This document shows positions 12,201 to 22,800 of a stretch of 63,750 nucleotides of DNA, piece after piece. Source of the stretch: Hemiscyllium ocellatum (lineage: Eukaryota). Position 1 is the first letter of the stretch, and each line of letters begins with the position of its first letter. A model generated the notes under the pieces. It worked only from the letters and a program-made list of their open reading frames with translations. It made no database searches and was not told the origin of the DNA. A program made the translations under genes and the position numbers. Where the stretch lies: assembly GCF_020745735.1 (NCBI RefSeq), contig NC_083426.1, forward strand, positions 13,082,001-13,145,750, given 5' to 3'.

Positions 12201-13893
12201 GCACCTCACTCTACTGCAAACCCACAGATAACATCACGATGCTACACTTCTCCAGTTTCCACCTGAAACATATTAGAACAGCCATACCCTACAGACAAGT
12301 CTATACATATACAGGATCTGTTCAGAAGACGAGGGACGTGACGGGCACCTGAAGGTACTCAAGGATGTCCTCATAAGAATAGGGTATGATGCTCAATGCA
12401 TCGATCGCCCGTTCCAACAAGCCACAGTGAGAAACCATAATAACCTCCTCAGGAGGCAGACAAGGATTGCAACTCATAGGGTACCCTTTGTTGTCCAGTA
12501 CTTCGCGCGAGCCAAAAACCTACGTCATGTTCTTCGCATCCAACAACACATTATCAGTGAGGATGAGCATCTTGCCAAGACCTTCCCTCCACCTCCATTT
12601 CTTGCCTCTAAACAACCACGAAACCTTAAACAGATCATTGTTCACAGCAAACTGCCCAGTCTTCAGGACAACATTGACCACAACATTATACAACCCTGTC
12701 ATGGCAACCATTGCCAAATGTGTCAGTGTCGACACAGATATCGCTATCACACATGGGGACACCATCCACCACGTATACAGCAGGTACTCATGTGACTCAG
12801 CCAACATTGTCTAGCTCATACACTGCAAGGATGCCCGAGGCATGACACATTGGTGAGACCAAGCAGACGCTACAATAGATGAATGGACATCGAACAATCA
12901 CCAGGCAGGAGTGCTCCTTCCCAGTCGGAGAACACTTCAGCTGTCAGGGATATTCGGCCTCCGATCTTCGAGTGACCATCCTCCAAGGCAAACTTCAGGA
13001 CATGCAACAGCGCAAAGTGGCCGGGCAGAGGCTGATAGCCAAGTTCAGTACCCATGGGGATGGCCTCAACCAGGTCCTCGGGTTCATGTCATATTACAGG
13101 TGACCCCACGATACTCTCTCTCACATATACACACAAACATACATACACACTCTTACATACTCACACACTCATATAGATCCTCACTCATACACATACTCTC
13201 TCTCATATACACACACATACACCCCCCATACGCACACCTATGCACGCACCCTTTCACAAGCTTTTACCCTTCACACTCACACACACACTTTACCACACTT
13301 GCATACATGCTAGGACACATGCTTTCACATGCACTTACACTCACACGCAGACACTCATATGTGAACAATCTCTCCTCCCATATGGACACACACATATAAG
13401 TATAGGCGGTGAATTTGTATTTGCAGAATTATATTTGGAGACATTCTATTTTGCTCAAAAAATGCACAACTGCAAGCAGTCAATCCATGTAATATTTTGT
13501 AAATTTCACTTTGGAAATAGAACCAGTCTGACACAAGGTTGGAATACAGACAGACTCTAACCTCACTCCTTTAATGCATTGTCTGAGCTGAGATCTCACC
13601 TTTTATTATAAATCCTTAAGTTATCTCGGGAATGTGACTTCAAAGATGTTTTCGGATCTACATAATAACGAACTGAAACCTATAACCCATTCTAAATGAT
13701 GAATGACTTAACAACACGCTGGGTTTGTTAAATATATCATTTTACTTGCATGTCACTGTAATCTTTTGCAATAAATTCTGTGTCTTATAGTCCTGATTCA
13801 CAACCACCTGATGAAGGAGCAGCACTTTGAAAGCCACTGCTTCCAGGTAAACCTGTTGGACTATAACCTAGTGTTGTGAGATTTTTAACTTTG
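9290..13893. mobile_element. Penelope-like element (Neptune-type) inverted composite: a minus-strand arm, then a plus-strand RT-GIY-YIG arm
   Basis: Contains GRPIVS, MDITALYTSIPHDDG, GTAMGTKFAPQYANIFM and RYIDHIFFLW. The termini CAAAGTTAAAAATCACACAACACCAGGTTATAGTCCAACA are inverted at both ends. Embedded CA/CT microsatellites. Confidence 0.85.
10548..10853 (-). mobile_element. tRNA-derived shark SINE (HE1-like) with a (TCTAA)n tail; paralog at about 39047-39352
   Basis: Minus-strand head CAGTGGTTAGCACTGCTGCCTCACAGCACCAGAGACCCAGG, a CR1-like 3' part and the tail repeat. Confidence 0.7.
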
Positions 13894-14421
13894 CCCATCT
13901 GCGTTTAGTTTGTTAATAAAATTCTACTTTGTAGTTTAAACAAAAGCTATAGTATTTTGTGCATATCTTTCAGTGTGTGATCACATTATTAAAAGCAAAC
14001 CAAAATAATATCTATGAAGCCAGGTTTCAGTCTGAGATCTGACATGTCCTGTAATAACATGAATTGGGATCATAGCACGGCCCAATTACCAGTCGATCAC
14101 ATCTTCAACTCACCCACACAGGACGGGCTAAAACTAGAGCTATTGCTGCACTTGGTGCTGTAATCTCTCAGCCCACATTCAGTTTGTGTGTATTTTGCTG
14201 CAGTTGCCTCCAATGTATCTTATTGTGCAATCTCTAACCATGCTAATGCAATCATTTCTTTGAATGCTAAACAATCTGGTCATTTGCAACACAAACAATT
14301 CAATGTGAAAATTTAATGCTGAGAATACAAAGAATGATGTTATTGAAGTGGTTCCATTAAGGGGAGTGAACTGCCTGGGGAAATTGATTTTAACAACGTT
14401 CATCAAGTTGCTCCTTTATAG

Positions 14422-14530
14422 CGCCTACATGGGGCTCGACAATGGGACCAACCAGCAGCACAGCGGGAAGTACTCAGCCTCCTGTTACCACGGCTCGCAT
14501 CACATCTCCCTCCACCATCAGCTCACCCAG
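14422..14530 (+). CDS. Gene A exon 3: S/T/P-rich stalk (APTWGSTMGPTSSTAGSTQPPVTTARITSPSTISSP)
   Basis: Acceptor CTCCTTTATAG|, 109 nt, phase 1 in and phase 2 out, donor CAG|GTTCGT. Open frame, conserved in copy B. Not present as an ORF in the supplied track. Confidence 0.85.
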
Positions 14531-15163
14531 GTTCGTCTCTTAAACTTTGAAATCTTTGCAATACATCTTTACCACACGATGAACACACCCTTGTTAAAAT
14601 ATTGAGGGAGAGACCAATACCATCTGCAGTAAAGCTAAGGCCATTGAGCGCACAGCAGAATAAAGTGGGGCTGGAAAATTAAAAACACAGATAACCCAGT
14701 GGCTACTGATTGAACTGGAAGAGAGATGGGCTGTAGGCAGGTTCTGTCCATGGCTGCAAATATTCGAGACAAACTCATTGTCCTGACAGACTGACTACCT
14801 CAATACAGAACTCCACTCAGTGAAAAGAGTGAAAACTTCCTAACCCGGAGGAAGTGAGAGGAATGGTGAGGGGGTTTGAATTGATTGGGGAGAGTCAAAT
14901 GTTCAGATTCTCACTGGCACAGTAAAGTGTTGTGAGGAACTTGGCTCACCGCAAAAGATGGGGTGAATTCCCTAACTACAGACATCTGAAAGTCTAACAT
15001 CATCCCTATAAAGCACAAGTAGTCCTTTCCAATTAGTTGTATTTACCATTCCGAAGGGTTCAAGAGGTATGGTGGTACTGTCCACACCTCTGAGCCACAA
15101 GACCCAGGTTGAATAGGAAAATATCTATTTGTCAAAAGAAAAAGTGTCCCAATCTCTTAGTAT

Positions 15164-15935
15164 TGTTGGGACGGACCCGTAGAGTCTCGTCTCCACGTGT
15201 TCTTTGGAAGGAGAGATCAAACCGGCTAGAGTTTGGAGCAAAAACACCGTTTATTACAGAATCAAGACTGGCAAACTATACAACGAATTCAAAAGCATGC
15301 AATTCGTTGGAGAAGGCGTTCTGTCTTCCTCTACGGGCCTGGAGCAGTTATACTTCGCGCTTCCTCGAGTTCCCGGTCAGGTTCCCCTCGTTCGGCTCTC
15401 TCATTGGTCGGTTCACCTGTCTGTGAAGGGATTAGTGTCTCTATTGGCTGCCCCGAGATACCTGTCCAGCTCCTGCTGTGCTGAACAACGGGTAGACATC
15501 CTGGGTTCAGCAGTTTCCGATCTTGTAATTTAAAAGTTTATTGTTTGGAAGGGTTTCCTCATTGCTATGCGCCTGGCTGTCTGGGCGTTCACAATAGTTC
15601 TCCATAGTTGAATATACAGGTATTATCATTTAACACAGGACCTGAATGAGTTTGACGTCAGCGGAGGCATTAGCAAGTACTTTATCATTCAAGTGTAGTA
15701 TCGGTGCGATTTACACTATCCGATAGTTACCGGTTTCCTTTATTAACAATGAGATTGTAACAGGATGATCTGAAACTGACGGACATGTTCTAATCCCCAA
15801 GGAATGTGGCCTGCAGTGGCTGCGTTTACTTTACATGGCTGTGTTTTAGCTGGTACCTGACAGTGTCTGCTTTAATAATGGTGCTCCCCTCCCTAGCCCC
15901 AATGTAGGTACCCCGATAGCAGATTATCCCCAACA
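15164..15935 (-). mobile_element. Solo LTR (772 bp)
   Basis: Terminal inverted repeat TGTTGGG..CCCAACA and a 4-bp TSD GTAT (15160-15163, 15936-15939). On the minus strand: two CCAAT (15443-47, 15403-07), TATAA (15348-52) and AATAAA (15250-55), in U3-R order. Confidence 0.85.
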
Positions 15936-15951
15936 GTATGCAGCTCACATA

Positions 15952-17110
15952 TAGGGTCAGAGAGTCATCGAGATGTACAGCACAGAAACAGACCCTTTGG
16001 TTAACCTGTCCATGCCGACCAGATATCCCAACCTAATCTAATCCCACCTGCCAGCACCCGGCCCATATCCCTCCAAACCCTCCCTATTCATATACCCATC
16101 CAGATGTCTTTTAACTGTTGCAATTGTTCTAGCCTCGACCACTTCCTCTAGCAGCTCATTTATCTGCATGAAAAACTTGCCCCTTAGGTCTCTTTTATAT
16201 CTTTCCCCTCTCACCTTAAACCTATGCCTTCTAGTTCTGGAATCCCACACCTCAGGGAAAAGAATTTACGTATTTATCCTATCCAGGCCACTCATGATTT
16301 TGTAAACCTCTATAAGGTCACCCCTCAGACTGCGACGCTCCAGGGAAAACAGCCCCCACCTGTTCTGCCTCTTCATATAACTCAAATCCTCCAACCCTGG
16401 CAACATCCTTGTAAATGTTTTTGGTACCCTTTCAAGTTTCACAACATCTTTCCGATCGGAAGGAGACCAGAATTGCACGCAATATTCCAACAGTGGCCTA
16501 ACCAATGTCCGCAACATGACCTCCCAACTCCTGTACTCAATACTCTGACCAATAAAAGAAAGCATACCAAATGTACGCTTTCATGATCCCATCTACTTGC
16601 GACTCCACTTTCAAGGAGCTATGAACCTGCACTCCAGGATTTTTATGTTCAGCAACACTCCCTAGGACCTGACCATTAATAGTATAAGTCCTGCTAAGAT
16701 TTGCTTTTCCAAAATGCAGCACCTCGCACTTACCTGAATTAATCTCCATCTGCCACGTCTCAGCCCATTAGCCCATCTGGTCCAGATCCCAATGTAATCT
16801 GAGGGATCCTTCTTCACTGTCCACTATATCTCTAAGTTTGGTGTCATCTGCAAACTTACGAACTCTCCTTCTTATGCTCGCATCCACATCATTTATATAA
16901 ATGACAAAAAGCAGTGGATCCAGCACCGATCCTTGTGGCACTCCACTGGTCACAGGCCTCCAGTCTGAAAAACAACTCTCCACCACCACCCTCTGTCTTC
17001 TACCTTTGAGCCAGTTCTGCATCCAAATGGCTAGTTTTCCCTATATTCCATGAAATCTAACCTTGCTCACCAGTCTCCCATGGAGAATCTTGTCAAATGC
17101 CAAGGTTCCA
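15952..17110 (-). mobile_element. CR1 LINE 3' portion
   Basis: WRPVTSGVPQGSVLDPLLFVIYIND..KFADDTK and LEYCVQFWSP ORFs; 3' tail near 15955. Confidence 0.92.
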
Positions 17111-18390
17111 TGTGGAAGAGTGATAGCACATGGAATCCAAGGAAATTTGGCAAATTGGATCGACAGTCGCTGAGTGGGAGGAAGCAGGTGATGGTTGAGA
17201 GATTCTTTTTCTGACTGAAAGTCTGTGTACTGTGAAGTTTAACAGAGGTCAGTGTTGCAGCTTTAATCTTTGTCGCTTATATAAATGACACCAACTTGCA
17301 TAGAGTTCAGAATCGAGAGTCAGTTTCGAAAGAGATAAGAAATAAAGAAGATAAAAGGGCATTTGCTGGAATAGGTTATATGCCCCTAATGTAAGCACAC
17401 TACATGTGGAGTAATCAGGCTAAACATAATGGGTGCTGGTCATAATGATATGACAATAAATGACAATACTCACCTTCGATATAAATGACGTGCCTGAAGG
17501 GACTGAATATATACTTGCTAAATTTACTTGTGATTTAAATTATTTGTGGTAAGGTAACTGCAAAGAGGACACAAGGAATATGTGTAGGGAGACAGGGATC
17601 AGTTCAGTGAGGGGGAAACTCTATGGTAAATGGACTATCGTATGGAATAATGTGTCTGTATTCCCATTGCAAGGAACAATAGGAAATCAGCATCATATTC
17701 TAATGAAGGAAGCTTGCTAGTGGGATCGGGGATGACCTGGGATATGAATCATGAAAAGTTGGAATATGGAGCCAAGTGATTATGAATTGAACGAGGTGAT
17801 TTGTTGGAAGAGAAGTGGAATATATAAGGAGGGATGGTTTGCATCAGTTGTGAGGAGTATTGCTGAGACCACAGCTAAAATATTGGATACAGTTTTCATC
17901 TCCCTATTTAATAAAAGATACAAATGGGTTACAAGCCATTCAGAGATCGCGCACTCGACTGATACCTATCATGGGGAAATGTGGTTATCTCATGGGAAAT
18001 GTAGAATAGTTGGGATTCCAAAGATGAACTTGCAGCTTGCTGAATTGTACGCTGTCACTCTCCTTCCCAACTGACAAAGCTCAATGATCTTCCAGCTCAG
18101 AGAGTACAATAGAAAGGACCAATTCTGGATCTTGTTCAATCTACTAACTGTGAGAGACATTCTCATTATTTTATTGCGTGTTCAAAGCTCAAAAACTCTC
18201 AATCTGATTACACGTTAAACAACCACACCGTGCTCACACAACTCTCAATGAATTCAATGTTTTGTTGGAACATTTTTGGATGGAAGGGAGAGGTTCATGG
18301 AATCCTGCATGGCTGTTAATAAAATTTCTTTATGAACTTCAAGCAGAAATGATTTTGTACGGTATTAATGATAGTTCTTTGTTTAATCAG

Positions 18391-18496
18391 AGATGGCCTC
18401 GTGAGGGAATGGGCTATAATCCGTTGGCTGATCTTTGCTGCTCTGGCTGTTTGCTCTGTTTCAATCACCTGCTACACTCGTTTTCAGACATCCCAG
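18391..18496 (+). CDS. Gene A exon 4: transmembrane exon with Arg (DGLVREWAIIRWLIFAALAVCSVSITCYTRFQTSQ)
   Basis: Acceptor TTCTTTGTTTAATCAG| in phase 2, matching the stalk exon. Hydrophobic helix with R near its N-terminal end. Donor CAG|GTACAC, phase 0. Confidence 0.8.
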
Positions 18497-19322
18497 GTAC
18501 ACCGATTTAAACCTTTCTTTATGACACTAACAAATATTTCACTTCAGTTCAAGAGCTCAAGTGCTTTTAAAGTCGCCTGGAAAAGCAGCAAATAACCCAC
18601 GGAGAAATGATCTTCTCAGAAAAGAATTCCAGTTTGAGAACAACGGCTCTTTGGGCTTTGTTTATACTTGTCAAAACAATGGTTGGTTGGTCTATAGAGT
18701 TTTGTTTGCCATTGGAAATCTGAGATTGGCTGAATCAAATAAAGGTTTGATCCAAAATAATTATTTTTAATTTAATTGTTATTTTATAACCATGACCTCA
18801 TCCAAATGTGACATTGAACTGAGGTGTGAGAGGCAGCACCTGAAAGTCTCCTCACTCAGCCACAGTGTGTTCTATTGTACAGTCCGGAACATGAGATGGA
18901 TTGACATGGATGTACAACACCACCCTCCCACCCCACCCCCCCACTTCCCCCTCCCCACGCCTCCAAGAAAGTTAAACACGTTCAGAGGGCAAAGTCAGAA
19001 GACATATGACACCAGGTTATAGTCCAACATGTTTATTTGAAATCACAACCGTTCGGAGCCCTGCCCCTTTGTCAGGTGTCATTGACTTCTGGCATTATCC
19101 ACCTCAATGCAACACCGGCACCTCCAAAACATGGCTACCAATTTCAGAGGAAGAAATTATGGGAAACAAATTCTCAACATTTAAACATGGCATCTCCACC
19201 CACACAGTCAGCTGTGGATTTTGACAAGTATCTCTTGAAATGCCGAACCTTTGAATGATGCTCAATTCATTCATCTTCATCAATTCCAATGCTTTAAGTT
19301 CATTTTTTACTCTATTCTGCAG

Positions 19323-19334
19323 CCAAACAACTGA
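19323..19334 (+). CDS. Gene A probable last coding exon (PNN-stop)
   Basis: Strong acceptor TTCATTTTTTACTCTATTCTGCAG| at 19323. Phase-0 reading is CCA AAC AAC TGA. The alternative, read-through of exon 4 to the stop at 18595, also gives a tail with no signalling motif. Confidence 0.55.
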   Translation, partial: PNN

Positions 19335-19857
19335 AGGATCGACTGAAACTTCAGCCACAGAACAAGAATGCAACAGAACTCCACTTGAAGATGAGTTAGA
19401 AGATTCATTAAATCATGCAAGAATGTCCAAAGTATTTCGCCGTGTTAGTCTGCAATGTTCTGATTATTCACACTTTAATACAATCTGAAAGGCTTTGTAA
19501 ACTCTACACAATAGACTTTATTTCTCGATGTTTTTATAATTGAGTTTTGGGAGGGCACTGTCTGTCCGAACATTGTACAGCTCAATCAAAACACGTTTTA
19601 CAGTTCCCATGACAACCGAATATCCATATCAATCGAAGATCAATCAATCAGCTTTCTGAACAAACATAGTTGTGAGTCGATTACGAAGTGAAATGTATTC
19701 AACAAAGACGCAATATTATTTCGCTTACATAATCACTAAGATAGAATAGTATAGATCGCCAGCCTCTGACAATGACTCCTGGACTCCTGCTGAGTCCCAG
19801 GCTCCAATGACTCTGGGCCTCAGCACAGACATTTCAAGGGGCTTCCCGACGTGGCAT

Positions 19858-22800
19858 GGCACAGCAACTTCCCGGCCGAATATAACAACCTCCCGACCTG
19901 GTGTGACAACCCCCTCGGCCTGGCGCAGCAACCTCCCGGCCGAACATAACAACCTCCCACCTGATGTGACAACCTCCCGGCCTGGTGTGACAACCTCCCA
20001 CCCTGGCACTGCAAACTCCCGGCCAGACACAGCAACCTCCCGGCCTGGCACAACAACGTTTCAGCCTGGCACAGCAGCTTCCCAGCCTGGCACAACAACC
20101 TCTCGGCCGAATATAACAACCTCCCAGCCACGCACAACAACCTCCCGGCCTGGCACAACAACCTCCCGGCCTGGCACAGCAAACTCCCGGCCTGACACAA
20201 CAACCTCCCGGCCAAAAATAACAACCTCCCGGTCTGGCACAACAACCTCCCACCCTGGCACAACAACCTCCCGGCCTGGCAAAACAACCTCCCGGCCTGG
20301 CACAACAACCTCCCGGCCTGAAACAACAACCTACCAGCCGAATATAACAACCTCCCGGCGGGGCGCAACAACCTCCAGGCCTGGGGTGACAACCTCCCAG
20401 CCTGGCACAGCAACATCCCGGCCTGGTGTGACAACCTCCCGGTCTGACACAACAACCTCCCGGCCTGGTGTGACAACCCCGCACCCTGGCACAGCAACCT
20501 CCTGGCCAGGCACAACAACCTACCGGCCGAATATAACAACCTACCGGCCTGGTGTGACAACCTCCCGGCCTGGTGTGACAACCTCCCGCCCTGGCACAGC
20601 AACCTCCTGGCCAGGCACAACAACCTACCGGCCGAATATAACAACCTCCCGGCCTGGTGTGACAACCTCCCAGCCTGGCACATCAACCTCCCGGCCAAAT
20701 ATAACAACCACCCGGTCGAAAATAACAACCTCCTGGCTTCTCACAACAACCTCCCGGCCTGGCACAACAACCTCCCGGCCGAATATAACAACCTCCCGGC
20801 CTGGTGTGACAACCCCCTTGGCCTGGCACAGCAACCTCCCGGCCGAACATAACAACCTCCTGGCCTGATGTGACAACCACCCGGCCTGGCACAGCAACCT
20901 CCCGGCCTGGTGTGACAACCTCCCACCCTGGCACTGCAACCTCCCGGCCTGGCACAGCAACCTCTCGCCTGGCACAACAATGTTTCGGCCTGGCACAGCA
21001 GCCTCCCGGCCTGGCACAACGACCTCTCGGCCTGGCACAGCAGCTTCCCAGCCTGGCACAACAACCTCTCGGCCGAATATAACAACCACCCGGCCTCGCA
21101 CAAAAACCTCCCGGCCTGGCACAACAACCTCTCAGCCGAATATAACAACCTCCCGGCTGGCATAACAACGTCTCGGCCTGGCACAGCAGCCTCCCGGCCT
21201 GGCACAACAACCTCCCGGCCTGGCACAGCAGCCTCCCGGCCTGGCACAACAACCTCTTGGCCGAATATAACAACCTCCCGGCCTCGCACAACAAACCTCC
21301 CGGCCTGGCACAGCAACCTCCCGGCCAGACACAACAACCACCCGGCCTGGCACAACAATCTCCCGGCCTGGCACAACAACCTCCCGGCCTGGCACAGCAA
21401 ACTCCCGGCCTGGCACAACAACCTCCCGGCCTGGCACAGCAAACTCCCGGCCTGACACAACAATCTCCCGGCCAAAAATAACAACCTCCCGGTCTGGCAC
21501 AACAACCTCCCACCCTGGCACAACAACCTCCCGGCCTGGCACAACAACCTACCAGCCAAATATAACAACCTCCCAGCGGGGCACAACAACCTCCAGGCCT
21601 GGTGTGACAACCTCCCGCCCTGGCACAGCAACCTCCTGGCCAGGCACAACAACCTCCCAGCCGAATATAACAACCTACCGCCGAATATAACAACGTCCCG
21701 GCCTGGTGTGACAACCTCCCGGCCTGGAACAGCAACCTCCCGGCCTGGTGTGACAACCTCCCACCCTGGCACTGCAACCTCCCAGCCTGGCACAACAACG
21801 TTTCGGCCTGGCACAGCAGCCTCCCGGCCTGGCACTACAACCTCTCAGCCGAATATAACAACCTCCCAGCCTGGCACAACAACGTTTCGGCCTGGCACAA
21901 CAACCTCCCGGCCTGGCACAGCAACCTCTCGGCCTGGCACAACAATGTTTCAGCCTGGCACAGCAGCCTCCCGGCCTGGCACAACAACCTCTCGGCCTGG
22001 CACAGCAGCTTCCCAGCCTGGCACAACAACCTCTCGGCCGAATATAACAACCTCCCGGCCTCACACAACAACCTCCCGGCCTGGCACAGCAACCTCACGG
22101 CCTGGCACAGCAGCTTCCCAGCCTGGCACAACAACCTCTCGGCTGAATATAACAACCTCCCGGCCTCGCACAAAAACCTCCCGGCCTGACACAACAACCT
22201 CCCAGCCTGGCACAGCAAACTCCCGGCCTGGCACAACAACCTCCCACCCTGGCACAACAACCTCCCGGCCTGGCACAACAACCTACCAGCCGAATATAAC
22301 AACCTCCCGGCGGGGCACAACAACCTCCAGGCCTGGTGTGACAACCTCCCGCCCTGGCACAGCAACCTCCTGGCCAGGCACAACAACCTCCCAGCCGAAT
22401 ATAACAACCTACCGCCGAATATAACAACGTCCCGGCCTGGTGTGACAACCTCCCGGCCTGGAACAGCAACCTCCCGGCCTGGTGTGACAACCTCCCACCC
22501 TGGCACTGCAACCTCCCAGCCTGGCACAACAACGTTTCGGCCTGGCACAGCAGCCTCCCGGCCTGGCACTACAACCTCTCAGCCGAATATAACAACCTCC
22601 CAGCCTGGCACAACAACGTTTCGGCCTGGCACAACAACCTCCCGGCCTGGCACAGCAACCTCTCGGCCTGGCACAACAATGTTTCAGCCTGGCACAGCAG
22701 CCTCCCGGCCTGGCACAACAACCTCTCGGCCTGGCACAGCAGCTTCCCAGCCTGGCACAACAACCTCTCGGCCGAATATAACAACCTCCCGGCCTCGCAC

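Larger units (their letters stand above)
1..14944 (+). repeat. Segmental duplication copy 1; the left edge runs off the window
   Basis: Colinear with 28221-43432 throughout, including the same nested TEs. The last shared bases are GAGGAACTTGG. Confidence 0.95.

Noticed and set aside
17918-17980. Candidate extra stalk exon (YKWVTSHSEIAHSTDTYHGE, phase 2-2)
   Set aside because: Weak acceptor and donor, adjacent to CR1-like decay, and not needed because 14530 joins 18391 in frame. Cannot be fully excluded.
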